From: Felis catus
Lineage: Eukaryota
DNA: 64,000 nt
Assembly (NCBI RefSeq): GCF_018350175.1
Contig: NC_058368.1
Location: 8,432,001-8,496,000 of the forward strand
Reading direction: 5' to 3'
Notes under the pieces: model-generated
The model's database searches: none
Told to the model about the DNA's origin: nothing
What the model saw: the letters and a program-made list of their open reading frames with translations, nothing else
Translations under genes and position numbers: made by a program
Shown: positions 50,205 to 63,490 of the stretch, in pieces
How the letters are laid out: each line of letters opens with the position of its first letter
Position numbering within the stretch: the first letter of the stretch is position 1

Positions 50205-50686
50205 TGTAATTCTGGAGTTTTCTAGAAAAATAGAATCCAAAGGATGTGTGTGTAAATGTATATATAGGTATACGTGTGTATGTGTCTGGGTATATATATA
50301 TATGGCAGGGGCAGAGCGCAGAGGGAAGGAGAAAGGGAGAGAAATTTATTTAGGGAATTAACTCATGGAACTATGGAAGTGAACAAGTCTGAAATCCATA
50401 GGCAGGCCAGCGGGCTGGAGATGCAAGGAAGAGATAATGTTGGAGCTTGAATCTGATGGCCGACTGGGCAGAATTCTTCTTAGGAAACCTCAGTTTTTTC
50501 CCTTAAGACCGTCATCCGATTGGGTGGGGCCCACGCATTATAGAGGATAATCTGTTTACTCAACTGCCTACTGATTTCAGTATTAATCTCATCTAAAAAT
50601 GCCTTTGTAGCAACGTGTAGACTAGTATTTGACCAAATCTGGGTACCATGACCCAGCCTAGGTGACACACAAAATTAACCATTACA
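50205..50686 (-). mobile_element. ERVL solo LTR (MLT2-like)
   Basis: aagtctgaaatccataggcaggccagcgggctggag...gactagtatttgaccaaatctgggtaccat...tgacacacaaaattaaccattaca; similar to the 14365-14770 copy. Confidence 0.85.
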
Positions 50687-52162
50687 CTGGCTTACCAGAC
50701 GGTGCTCAAAGATGGTATCTTGACAAAGAGAATTCTAGTATGTTTGGTAAAAACAAAATGTTTATACTTGTCCTGGCGTTGTTAACCAAACAGTAATGGT
50801 GAAATAAAGTAATAGCTAAAAGCAAGAGCCTTTAATCCTATAGTTGTATTTATGACACCCTACAAATGGTACTTAGTCAATTAAAGCGATGACCTCACCC
50901 TTTTTGTATCAGCACCAAAATAGCAAAAAGCTACCAATTCCTAGAAAATTCTGTAGTTGCTTAGAGGAGTGGATTCTAATGGTCAAAACCGCTTATTTTA
51001 GAAGCTTGCTTGGAGGAGATGTTCAGTTTCCTTGCATATCTTTGATTTGAAAATTACTAGATTAAAAAAAAAAAAAAACAACTTTAGTTTGCCCCTGGTG
51101 TTGTAATTAATTCTTGACTCAAGAATTGATTACCCTCTTTTGAACATTTCTCAAGCTCAGAAGTTGGTCAGTGCTTGGCATCACAAACGTGGACGCATAT
51201 ACCCTAGGGAAATAATATCCATTCCGAAATATTTAGGAAGTTTACAAATTGCACAGCGTTTCTTGATGTGGGGGGATGACCTTCCTCAGAGGAAACCTAT
51301 AGAAGCTGAATTTTTTGAGAACAGTAGCAAAATTCCCTTTGATGAGGTGTGGTAACTGTGCGTAAGTCCTGAACACTCATTACCGTGGGCTGGCAGGGCA
51401 ATAGCGTTGCATGTGCTAGAAAACATTAACTGCATCATGAAATTCCATATGAGAGATACCAGGCACTGTGTTTACCATGCGTGACCTGCATAGTTCAAGT
51501 AAATTGCTACTGCATTAATCCTATCACTGGCAGGAATCAGTAGTGTCCTTGGTCATTAAGTTGATTGTTACACAAATGAATTTAATTTCTTTTGCTTTGG
51601 ACGGAGCCTGATTGCTCTATTAATATCATATCTTCAGCAGGTGCCATTTATAACGGGGCAGGGGAGGCGTTTGCTGAAACTGTCTATTTGTTGCCAGGAA
51701 CTTTCCAGGAAGGTTAAAGTAACAAAGTGTAATTATGGTTTATCGAATAAACCATATTCTACCCCACTTTTACCCTCCTAGGACTCTTACGAAACTCTTG
51801 ATTTTACCCAGTAGAAGAAAGGGTGGAGGGGTTAAAGCACCACTGTTCGTGTCATCCATGTTACCATCACCCTCGTTGTCGTGAAAAAGTCTCTTTCGCA
51901 TTTTGGGTGACGCTCCAGCTCGTCCTCACCAGAAGCACTGCCATGGCTGGTTGGCTGCATTGGAAATCGGTAAAAATGGATGTGGGATCTTGAAATAGAG
52001 CCCCGAAGCCATTTCATTTCCCTTTGCCCAAGCTACCCACATTTACCCCTGACACCTGAGGACCTGGTCTGTGCAAGTAGACCAGGAAAAAGTAGCTCAG
52101 CACACGTTCCAGGACTCAGGAGTCTGTGTATACGGAGAGAGCAATTTGTTTCAAAGGAAGCA

Positions 52163-52507
52163 CAGTTGATCCTTGAACAACATGGGTTGGAACTGCTCAG
52201 GTCTGCTTAGATGAGGAATTTTTCCGATAAATGCAGCACGGTACTGTGAGCGCATTTTCTCTTCTTATGATTTTCTTAGTAATATTTTCTTTTCTCCAGC
52301 TTACTTTATTGTAAGAATACAGTTTATAATACACGTAACATACAAAATATATGTTAATCGACTTTTTATTGGTAAGGCTTCCAGTCAACAGTAGGCAATT
52401 AGTAGTAGTTAAGTTTTTGGGAAATCAGAAATCACGCTTGGATTTTTGACTGTGCGGGTGGCAGGGTGGTCGGTACCCCTTACCCTGTGTTGTTCAAAGG
52501 TCAACTG
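52163..52507 (+). mobile_element. Tigger2-like MITE
   Basis: TIRs cagttgatccttgaacaaca / tgttgttcaaaggtcaactg, followed by TA. Confidence 0.88.
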
Positions 52508-53269
52508 TATATGGTCATGATTCCTGTATGTTATAAACATCATATAAAAACATGTATGAACATGATAATGTTGAAGACCTAGGAAGAACTAAACTTTACT
52601 GTGTTATTTATTTTAATAACATTTATTGCTTTATTTTTTTGGTTATCTAAATAATGGCTTATTGTGTCCACAACCGGAATATTCAGTAAATAAAAATTAA
52701 CCGTGATGCCTCCTTGCAAGACTATCCCTGCTAACGTTAAGGTGTGAGACCTTCAAGTCTCTTCAGGCATCTTCTTCTCGCATAGTTATATATAAAGTAA
52801 TGATTCTTAACATTTTAAGCTACCATTTTGTATCTTGAATATCTTTCTCTATAAAAAATGGTATTCAAAAATCAGTTATTAATGTTTATATAATTTTCAT
52901 TATCTGGATGAACCAAAGCATATTTTATACCATGAAACTGGGGCAAAGCAAGAATGGAAAATTCGTACTATGTAGTTAAGTATTTAAAAAATTCAGGTAA
53001 CAACCTGTTAAATAAAATATATTTTATTCCCTTACTTTGAGAAATATGTTGTTGCAATGGCAACATAAAAATATGTAATGGTATGATTTTTTATATGAAT
53101 GAATGTCAAAAAAATAGCAAATTTGACTGAATTTATTATTTTGTACTGTTACTATTTCATGCAGAATAATGGGCCAGTGATATAATTAAATCTTGATTCA
53201 GTAAAGAGCTAAAGTTCCTGGGATTTCATCTTACCAGTTCAAAATTCAGACTTTAAAATTCATGAAATA

Positions 53270-53463
53270 GGGCGCCTGGGTGGCTCCGTCGCTGAAGCGT
53301 CTGACTTCCGCTCAGGTCATGATGTCGCGGTCTGTGAGTTCGAGCCCCGCGTCGGGCTCTGTGCTGACAGAGCAGAGCCTGCTTGGGACTCTCTCTCCCT
53401 CTCTGTCTGCCTTTCCCCACTTGTGCTGTCTCCCTCTCAAAATAAATAAATAAACTTAAAAAA
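53270..53463 (+). mobile_element. Felid SINE
   Basis: gggcgcctgggtggctccgtcgctgaagcgtc head; aaataaataaataaac tail. Confidence 0.94.
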
Positions 53464-53700
53464 AGATCACAAGCAGCAAAGAGCAAAAAGAGACCGGTAG
53501 GACTATATCAAACTAGAAACTTCTACACAGTAAAAGAAACAAAATGAAAAAGCAACCTACAGAATGGGAGACAGTGTTTGCAAACCACGTATCTGAGAAG
53601 GGGTTAATATCCAAAATACGTAAGGGGCTCCTATTACTCAATAGCAAAATAATAGCAATGGCAGCCATGGTATAGTAAGTCAGTTAAAAATGGGCAATCT

Positions 53701-53923
53701 GGGGGCACCTAGGTGGCCCATTCAGTTGCGTCTGACTCTTGATTTCGGCTCAGGTCATGATCTCCCAGTTTGTGGGATTGGGCCCCGTATCGGGCTCTGC
53801 GCTGACAGCCTGGAGCCTGCTTGAGATTCTCTGCCTCCCTCTCTCTCTGCCCCTCCCCTGCTGACACGTGCGTGCACGCACGCGCGCTTTCTCTCTTAAA
53901 TAAACTAAACTTAAAAAAAAAAA
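53701..53923 (+). mobile_element. Carnivore SINE with no evident TSD
   Basis: gggggcacctaggtggccc head and poly-A tail; flanks are non-contiguous L1 sequence. Confidence 0.92.
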
Positions 53924-54120
53924 TCCAAACTTACAGAAACAGAGTTCAGTGGTGGTTGCCAGGGGCTGGGGTTGGGCTGGGGAAAATGGGGAGATGTTGG
54001 TCAAAGGGTACAAACTTTCATTTCTAGGATGAGCAAGTTTTGGGGATCTAATGTCCAGCAGGGTGATTAGAGTTAACAACACCGTATTGTATACTTGAAA
54101 GTTGCTGAGGGAGTAGATCT

Positions 54121-54346
54121 TTTTTTTTTTTAATTTTTTTTTTTACATTTATTTATTTTTGAGACAGAGAGAGACAGAGCATGAACGAGGGAGGGGCAGA
54201 GAGAGAGGGAGACACAGAATCGGAAGCAGGCTCCAGGCTCCGAGTTGTCAGCCCAGAGCCCGACGCGGGGCTTGAACTCACGGACCGCGAGATCGTGACC
54301 TGAGCTGAAGTCGGACGCTCAACCGACTGAGCCACCCAGGCGCCCC
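54121..54346 (-). mobile_element. Young felid SINE
   Basis: CpGs intact; TSD gagtagatctt on both sides. Confidence 0.97.
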
Positions 54347-54367
54347 GAGAGTAGATCTTAAATGTTC

Positions 54368-54414
<47 letters not shown>

Positions 54415-55561
54415 CCACAGCACACAGATACATCAAATCATCATGTTGTACACCTTAAACCTACACAATGTTATATTCCAATTATATTTCAGTAAATTGG
54501 GGTGGGAGAAAAAAAGCACTGGAGAGCGCCAAACAGAGCGAAAAAAGGCAAAATACAGATTACGGTTCACGATACCAGATTTCTAAATAAAATTATTCTT
54601 CAGCAGAGCAGCAGAATAGTCATGACAGGGACTATGTCGCCGGCAAAGCCTACGGTACTGACTCTCAGTAAACATATTTACTGTATATACTAGAAGACAT
54701 TCCTAGAATATACATACTTTGCAGGAGAAAATTGCCTGCCTCTGCTTCAGAACAATGAAGTAGAACGTGAAGAGAAGCAAGACAATGGAGGCTCGACCCT
54801 GCTGGGAAATCTTTTATTCATGGCATGATTATATTTGTGTTATCTCAGAGAAGGGATTTGAAAACTCCGTCTTTTCTCTATCTATCCCAGCGTCCCTGCC
54901 CGGGGAACGTCCCTGCCCTGTGACGCAGCACCCACCCCGCCCCCCCCCCCCCATGCTGGCAGCGTGTCCCCCACACCTGCACTGTATCCTGAGGCTTTTA
55001 TTTGAGGCGAGAGCTGTGTGACAACCCGTTTCTCTGGGGCCCCACTGGCGTTACTGACCACAGGCGATGCTTACGGGTCCCAGTGTGCCCGTGCTGAGGG
55101 CAGGGCCCAGAGTGAGCGCGCCCATGTGGCTCTGTGATTTGCAAGGGTAGCTCATGCAAACGGGTGTAAGAGCAGTACCCCGCATTTACTTTGTTAAATC
55201 GCTGGTGTTTTAATCCGGACTTTGCTCGCAGATCCGTATCGTACGTTCCTTACCACTCCCCCCGCCCCCACTATCAGAGAGTAGAGATTAGCGTTGGGTT
55301 TGGAATTTAAAAAATGCTTTGGGAGAGCTCGATTTCAGTCATTTGAACATTTTAAAGAAATTTGGATTTAGAGTGTTTTGTTGTTGTTGTTGTTTTAAAT
55401 CATAAAAATATTATAGTGACTCAGTATGGGTGAATTGAGGTCAGGCACAGGGTCCAGGGCCACTGAAAACACCAAAATGAGCTGTTTCTTGAGGAAAACA
55501 CGCCTCTGATTTTGACATGGCCCTCCGTGCATAGTCTTTGATGAGCCAGGGACTTAGAAAC

Positions 55562-55693
55562 ATGGGCATTGGAGGGCGCTTGTTGGGATGGGCACTGGGC
55601 GTCCTATGTAAGATATGGATGAATCGCTGGGTTCTACTCCTGAAGCCGTGACAACACCGTATGTTAACTAACGTGAATTTAAATAACACAAAA
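55562..55693 (+). mobile_element. Short carnivore L1 3' tail
   Basis: ggagggcgcttgttgggatgggcactggg...ttctactcctgaagcc...tatgttaactaacgtgaatttaaataa. Confidence 0.8.
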
Positions 55694-55974
55694 AGCGAAT
55701 GTGCAAAGGAATCCTTAGGGTTTTGTTCTAAAAAATAAACGGAGTGCACCATTCTCTCAAGCTGAAACAGAAATTTTAATGAATTCCAATTAACAGTTGA
55801 GAGAAATGTTAAACCCGTTAGGATATTCTCACCATAGGAGCTATAGAAAAATGGAATGAGCCACAAGGTACAAATATAGTAATAACAATCTCAAATGTAT
55901 ATTTGCATTATATAATGGGGTACAGACATTACACTTACTGCTACTACCATTAATCACAACACCGCCTTATGCTT

Positions 55975-56182
55975 TTTTAAATGCTTTTTAAATTTATTTT
56001 TGAGAGAGACAGAGTACAAGCAGGGGAGGGGCAGAGAGAGAGGGAGACACAGAATCCGAAGCAGGCTCCAGGCTCTGAGCCGTCAGCACAGAGCCCGACG
56101 CGGGGCTCAAACTCATGAGCCATGAGATCATGACCTGAGCCGCAGTCGGACGCTTAGCCGACTGAGCCACCCCGGGCGCCCC
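55975..56182 (-). mobile_element. Felid SINE
   Basis: TSD cacc(g/a)ccttatg(c/t)tttt. Confidence 0.95.
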
Positions 56183-57040
56183 ACCACCTTATGTTTTTAT
56201 GATGCTTTCTATTTTACACAGAACTTCCCACATACTTGGGCTCATTTAGTTCTCATGAAGCATTCAAGAAAGTGCAGACAAAGAAACTGAGGTCCCCAGC
56301 AGTGAAGGGACTGCCCAAGATTGGAGAGCCTCCATGTGACCGAAATGGGACATGTATTTAGGCGTCGTCTTCTTGCTGTGACACTAAAGCTTCCTTTGTA
56401 AATAAAGTAATGGATGAAATTTGTGTGCTTTACGCTTAGACAATTCATGGTAACACCAATACCAAGCGTTAGTAGCCAAGGTGAAGTCCAACATATGAAT
56501 TGTGGCTTTAGTGTTCATGAGAACGTCTGAATTTCACAAGATATAGACAGGATTGAATCCGGGCAGTGTCAGAACTCTACATACAGACGGCCTGTGGAGG
56601 AGAAGGGAATATTTGCTTAGATCCAACTGATTTTGAATACTTTTCAGCATCTTAGATCTGCACAAACAAAGCTGTCTGTGGATGGTGTTGTCTACAGATG
56701 GGGATGTGGAGGGGGATGCCAGCCCTTGGGATCAGGGCAATCACAGGTATGATCCAGAATGGCTTCTCCGATGAAGTGACCCTCCCATTCTTCCAGGACC
56801 CTGCACCACAGAAAGCAGCCAGCATTATTAATCTGCAGAGGAATTGGTCCCCACAAAGTCCTTCTACATTATTTTAGCAGGTGGCCTTGCGAGGAGTCAG
56901 CTAAAATCATGCGTATTCAGCACCAGGCAGCATTTCAACCACCAAAGCTTCAGAATAAGCAGCATGCATTTACTTCAATGTTCAAAAATCCCAAATGGTC
57001 TTAGGTTTTTAAAGGGTCTAATTGTAAATATTTCTAGAGA

Positions 57041-57098
57041 AAAATTTTTTTTAATGTTTACTTATTTTTGAGGGAGAGACAGAGTGCAAGGGGGGTGG

Positions 57099-57155
<57 letters not shown>

Positions 57156-57296
57156 ACACAGACACAAAATCTGAAGCAGACTCCAGGCTCTGTGCTGACA
57201 GCTCAGAACCCGACCTGGGGCTCGAACTCACGGACTGTGAGATCACGACCTGAGCCGAAGTTGGACGCTTAATGGACTGAGCCACCCAAGAGCCCC
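57041..57296 (-). mobile_element. Felid SINE with (GA)n
   Basis: Degenerate TSD taattgtaaatatttct / taattgtagataattct. Confidence 0.93.
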
Positions 57297-58340
57297 ATAA
57301 TTGTAGATAATTCTAAAAGCACAAGTACTTTGGTTAGTATTACTTTCTAGTTCATGGTGCACGAAGACCTGATTATCCTCAAGTCAGACCTTTTGTTGAT
57401 GCCCCAAATTTTGAGAGCTTCAGTGTGTCAGGGAATGACTTTCTCATCCTTTGAGGTTTGTTTCCTGTCTTATGGGAGAAAATGTGCCCTAAAAAGGTAA
57501 TTCTTTAAAAATTATTTTTAAATTTATTTTACAAAAATTTTTAAACACGTAAAAAGACAGAAAATCATTTCTCTTGTATGCACACCCACATTTAAGAGCT
57601 GCTGTAACTTTTTTTTACGATTTTTGCATCTGCTGAAGGCTTTAAAAGAAATGTTTCAGATATAGCTCTAGCCTCAAATTCTTATCTTTATCCCTTCCCT
57701 ACACCCCTCTCCACACAAAAACTGCTATTCAGAAGTAGATATGAATCCTTTCCATGCATGGTTTTATCCTCTGACTAATATGTATGTATCTAAAGAAATA
57801 TCAGTTCTATTTTTTGTGTTTAAAGTCAGCCTGCACTCTGTACATGTAATTTGCTTTTTTTTTTCAGAAGAAAACCTAATACTGGTTTTAAGTTTTATTA
57901 AAATAGATACCTGGATTTTACCGCATTCCTTTCCACTGCTCTGTGATACGAACATGATAGGAATATGGAATCTTATATTGTCCATCTACTTGGATGAACA
58001 TCGAGATTAACTCTTCACTTTTAGCAAAAGTAATGTAACACGATTTCCAACACACACAACTTTTATGGGCACATACAGTAGGTACCCTCTAGGCTGGTCT
58101 GTTTTCAAACTGTCACATATTAAGAGGTTATGAGATCAATGTAATGGATTGTAACCAACATTAAGTAGTGAGAACAATCAAGGTGAGTTATGAATGATAT
58201 ATTATATAAAATAAAATTTCACCTCACATTATAAGGGCACATTTTTTTGTTCAGCTTTTCCTTTGGTGTGCACGTATGCAGGTGCACTGGGTGGTGATGT
58301 CAGCCGTTTTTCTCACCGAGGATAATCGTAAGAAAAAGTG

Positions 58341-58565
58341 AGGCACTGGGTGGCTCAGTCGGTTAAGCATCTGTCTCTTGATTTTGGCTCAAGTCATGGT
58401 CTCACGGTTCGTGCGATCGAGCCCTGGAGTCTGGCTCTGTGCTGACAGCACGTAGCCTGCTCGGGATTCTCTCTCTCCCTCCCTCTCTGCCCCTACCCCA
58501 CTTGTGTGTGTGCACACACTCTCTCTCTCTCCCTCCCTCCCTCTCTCAAAATAAAGAAATAAAAC
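58341..58565 (+). mobile_element. Carnivore SINE
   Basis: ctgggtggctcagtcggttaagcatc head; TSD gtaagaaaa. Confidence 0.92.
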
Positions 58566-60859
58566 AGTAAGAAAAGGTTGAAACTCACCCCTCCTAGGGC
58601 ATGCGTGACAAGTCCCACTGCTGGGTCACAGAGTACGTACGTTTTCAACTTTACTGATTATCGCCGCATTCCTCTTGAACGTGACTTTCTCTTCAGTGTT
58701 CTTTCCCGTTCGACCACATTCTAGCCACGGGTTGTTGTGACAGGGGTTTCTAATTGTAATTTTAGCTTGCTTTTCCGGATCACTGGTGCGACTGAGAACA
58801 GAACAAGTGGTTTCTAAGTGTTACAGCTGAACAGGGAACAGGTTTGTATATTTTATTTTAGCACAGTATTAGAGAGTCATGAGAAAAAGAACCAAGGCGA
58901 GTGAAGAGCGGAGGTTGGGGTTCCTGCTAGTTTGACAGGGAAGAAGGCATCTTATCTGATGTTGAGGACCTCAGTCTTGGAACAGAAAGGGACTCGGATG
59001 CTGGTGTTCTCCGTTGTCTAGCACGTTATGGGAACGGTGTTACAAGCGCTGGTTACCCTTGGTGAAAACAGATGCCCTCAGTAGCCTGCGGTTTTGTATA
59101 ACTGAGTAAAGCGTGTGGGGTGTATTTGCACATGTAACACGTAGGACGCTTCTTCACTGATGGAAAGTGAAGTGATCCGGTGTTCCTGAGTCACGTTGCC
59201 CTCTCGGTCTGTCTTTAGTTTCCACGTGTGACACCTGTGTGACTGCAGGGAACGCATGAGGGGGGCGAGTGGTGGCCGACGCTAGGTTTCCGGGCTGAGC
59301 AGTGATGGGTAGTGGAGGGTTCTGGAGAGGGCGGGACAGCTGTGCCCCCGCTGTAGGGGACTTTTGTGTGGGAACGTGAACCCAGGCTTGCTAGAGCCTC
59401 TCATGTGTTTTCCTAGAGAAAGTGGAAATATTTTTAACAGTTCATCTTGTGAAGTCTCCTGATTATGTTTTTAAGATACTGACCCACGTTTAAAAAAAAA
59501 AAAAAACAACAACACAGATTAGGCCCAGCAGACCGCATCTGAATTCAGTCTGTGGGCTACCAAGGTGCAGTTTCTGTGCTAAGCGAACAGAGTTGCGAAA
59601 TGACTTAAATTTTACAAATCGTGAAAAGTAAGGTTGATGGCTTATGGCCCAGTTTGTCATTTTCCTTGTTCCTAGGTAGATAGATGGGTGTCGAAGGATC
59701 TGTGAAACACCGAGTACCGTTTGTCTTTGTTCTGTAGCAGCTAACGCGGTCTTGTTAGGTAGTAGGTTCGTAATAAATGCTTGTTGAACAGATGAATAAA
59801 TGAATAATGAAAACATACGGCTCCTGTGTTCTTTTAGAACTGACACTCTTAAAGTTAAAAGAAGATGTAGTTACTGTTTGTCGGGTTTGTGTTATTTTCC
59901 GAGGTCTGACGGCATAAAGAAATTTCTGCTGCACGAGACTCTCCACACGTCGCACCCTGACAGTTTTACTGTTCACCAAAATGCCACATAGCTAATTCAT
60001 GATTTATAAAGAGAGCTCAGCACATTAATAGATTAGATAGTCGGTAGAATGAATAATAAATGACAGAGCTACGTATACAAAGAAAATATGCAAAGCTCTT
60101 GGAAAATCGTGGAACGGGGGCTGGCCCATCTGGAGCCTTTGCTTCCCTAGGGGAAACGAGGGGACTAAGTGATAATCCTTCAGTCATAAAAGGAGAAAAT
60201 GAAGTTCCATATGGGGCATTTGATCAAGCCCAGGAAATTGCAGTGCTGAGGAAATTCTAGAACAATTAACACTCTTCCGCACTTAACTCAGTAGGCAGCC
60301 CCACGGGTTTGGTGGCAGCGGGATGTCACTGGAACCCTTCCTGTTGAGTTGGGAATGTTAGCCACGGCCTCTCCAACCCTGGCAGTGAGCGCCACCCAAT
60401 TATGACACGAAAGTGTCCTGATTCTAAAATGGCTTCAGAGCCGGTTTCCGTGCTTTCTTCTCCATTCCCCAGGCCTCCCCCCCCACCCCCCTCCCCCACC
60501 AAGACCTGACCCTCCTCCTGGGCAGCCTCCAGCCACTTCTGTTACCTTGATTCCTTGCTGGCCTGGGCCACAGACGCGTCCCCATGGTGTGGCAGCGGGA
60601 CCCTTGCCGTCACAGTCCAGACGTCCTGGCGGTCTCCTTCTGGCTCCTTCCCCGATGCTCCTCCACCGTGGCTTCTTTGGGCCGTCCCTCAGCCGGAATT
60701 TCTTGTCCCATGTCCAGCACCACGGGCATCCCCTCCAGGCTTGCCTTTAGGCTGGGAAAATTCTTCAGAGCACCATGGTCACAGCTTGGCCAACCAACCC
60801 GAAGGTCTTTTTCCAGTCGTTCTTCTCCTTCTTGACATCATAACCACATCTATCGAGCG

Positions 60860-61005
60860 CTGTTTGTGGGCCATATCGTATGTATCATATGATGTCATAT
60901 GAGTTGAAACATATCACCTCATTTAATCTTTATCACAGCCCTATGGGCAAAATGTCACTATCCCCAGTTGTTGCAGTGAGAAAACTGACGCCCGGTGACA
61001 TTCTG
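60860..61005 (-). mobile_element. MIR relic
   Basis: cacctcatttaatctttatcacagccctatggg...tccccagttgttgcagtgagaaaactgacg. Confidence 0.7.
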
Positions 61006-61369
61006 ATCACCTTTGCCATTTTGAAACTCAGCTCCTTTTTTTGTTTCCATACCGGTTCATTGCAGTGAACATTTCGGCACCGGTGGCCATTCGGTTATAA
61101 GGTGCAGGGTTCCTTCCTGCACCTGACAGTGGAAAGGCAGGTGGGCGGGGAGAGATTTCACCGTGACGTCACACAGCAGAAGACTGAGGAAGGTGCAGGC
61201 AGCTGTGGAAGCTCGTCGCCCATTCTGAGGTTTAGAGACGTCTTCCTGGCAGGGGTGGGGGGTGGTACGGCTGTCTTGGAGGCTCAGGACGTAAGATGGG
61301 AGCGTGCTCCGGGATGAGGGCACAGCGTAGGCAAAGGCAGAGAGGTACAGAGCATCCTTATGCTGTATG

Positions 61370-61950
61370 TGTCAATACGGTTTGGTATTACTGAGTTGAT
61401 AGGGCTACGATGGGTGGGACATGGAAGAGGCCTTGTAGAATGTGCTGTTCGCTGGGCCTTGTGGAGGACGTAGTGGTGGCTGTGGAAGAATCTTAAGCTG
61501 GGGACAGAAATGGACAGCACTGTAGTTTGGTAGATTGTAGTTCGTTTTGGAGGATGAATGGTGGCTGGGGAAGGTAAGAATCGAGGGGCATCAGTTACAT
61601 GGCTGTTGTGATTTTGGGGACAGGGGACTGGTGAGGCACGGGACAAAGTCAGTGGAAGTGTACATGGTAGGATGATACCGGAAAGAGTGGGTATGAGAAA
61701 CATTTAGAAGTTAAAATCCGCAGGGCGTGTTAAGGGCAACAGATTGGAAATGAATGCCTGTTGAATTGAATCTGAATGACTCTTGGTGAAGGAGTGATTA
61801 GATTACGTTAGGTATCTACAACGGCTTACATCTGGCCGTTACAAAGAAAACAGCAGCTTCGTGTGGACTAGCAGGGACCAGTTTCCAAGATATTGGAAGA
61901 GGGTATGAGAAGAAAGGTGCAGAAACTATTTGCATACAGTGCTATCCTGA
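61370..61950 (-). mobile_element. L2 relic
   Basis: gggccttgtggaggacgtagtgg...gaatcttaagctggggacagaaatgg...gagaaacatttagaagttaaaatc. Confidence 0.5.
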
Positions 61951-62169
61951 TCATGTAAAAAGAGTAAGCACAGACTAACTCTGGAAGGAAGTACCTGCCT
62001 CTTTGAGGACAAGTGTGTGGTTGGGGGAAGGGAAGGAGGGGGCGACTTGGACTTCATCAATGCCCAATGGATCCTTCCATGTTTTGAATTTTGTGCCGTG
62101 GGTTTACGTTTCTTATTCTTACCAAATCTCTGCTTATGAAGAGTCAGAGGCATGAGGGAGAGGAAGAAC

Positions 62170-62272
62170 TTGAATGTGATATATATATATATGAGATATA
62201 TATATGTATATATATATGTATATGAGATATATATGTATATATATATACATATATATATCTCATATACATATC

Positions 62273-62307
<35 letters not shown>

Positions 62308-62482
62308 CACACATATGTGTATATATATATATATATATACACACCACATCTTCTTTATCCATTCATCAATCGATGGGCATTTGGGCTCTTTCCATAATTT
62401 GTTGTTGATAGTGCTGTTATAAACACTGGGGTGCATGTGCCCCTTCAAATCAGCATGTTTGTATCCTTTGGATAAATACCCA
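62170..62482 (-). mobile_element. L1 fragment with TA-rich microsatellite
   Basis: caccacatcttctttatccattcatcaatcgatgggcatttggg...ggataaataccc; peptide LWKEPKCPSIDEWIKKMW on the - strand. Confidence 0.9.
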
Positions 62483-62670
62483 GATTTCAGCTCAGGTCAT
62501 GATCTTGGGGTTTGTGAGTTCAAGCCCTGCATCAGGCTCTGCGCTGTCAGCACAGAGCCTGCTTGGGATTCTCTCTCTCTCTCCCTCTGCCCCTCCCTTG
62601 CTTGTGCTCTCTCTTTCTCTCTCTCTCTCTCTCCCTCAAAATAAACAAATAAACTGTAAGAAAAAAATTA
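62483..62670 (+). mobile_element. Headless carnivore SINE
   Basis: Starts at gatttcagctcaggtcatgatc, lacking the GGGGCGCC/A-box head. Confidence 0.9.
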
Positions 62671-63490
62671 AAATTATCTAATGTATTATTTTCGGATATT
62701 TCAACCCAGCAAATTAACCTTGTTTCAGACCAGTTTTATGGGATTAGGAGCTTCAGCTTAGATTTCCTTTTTTTGGCGGGACAGGAGACAGCCAGGAGGG
62801 CTGCTCTTTTAGCTGCAGTAACAGAACCAACATCCGCCCCTCCCCTCTCCCACCCTGCCCTCTCCGTTAACTCCAGAATTAAACTCCCTGCTTGCCACCT
62901 TCCCTCTCCGCCCCCTTCTTCCAGAGGACCTGTGCTGCCATGTAGGCTCCTGTGAAACCCGTGACAGTTCTTATGTGGTCTGTGAGTTCACGAGTGGGGA
63001 GGAGCAGAAGCTGTGAGAAACGGTGCTTCCTTGGAAGTCCTTCCCCTGAAGCTGGGGGCATCCTCAGGCCCTGGCGGCCTGCTACTGTGGGGGTCCTGGG
63101 TTCCAAATGTCATACTGTGGATGGCTGAGATGTTTTTAGAATTTGTTTATTGCTTCCACTTCCTGGAATTCTATAAATTACATCATCCTTTGGGTTAATA
63201 GTCAACTTTTAAAAAATGCCGTTGTCTTGAATTGGATGGATTCTGAATTGATTAGGCATGCTTACACCGGTATGGATGACTTCCAGGGGAGTGAAGTTGG
63301 AGGAAAGAGGGGATCAGAGGTTATCCAGGTCCAAGGTGCTGTGGAACAGGTTCCTGAGGGTTGGGATCAAGAAATGGCACACACATCCGTTTGGCACATG
63401 GACCCGTTTGGGGAAGGTGGTCTGTGGTGGGTGGTCGGTGACAGCACCAGGAATGGAGAGCTGGGAGGCGTACTTAAGAGTGAGCCACAG

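Larger units (their letters stand above)
53465..54515 (+). mobile_element. L1 3' portion, interrupted by two SINEs and (CA)n
   Basis: caacctacagaatgggagacagtgtttgcaaacc...gagatgttggtcaaagggtacaaacttt...catcatgttgtacaccttaaac. Confidence 0.88.

Noticed and set aside
54890..55260. CpG-containing GC-richer patch as a CpG-island promoter
   Set aside because: Short, with only moderate CpG density similar to other patches in the window; no first-exon evidence.
59490..59846. 118-aa - strand ORF
   Set aside because: Starts in an L2-tail-like segment and ends in a T-run; no family recognised and no splice support.
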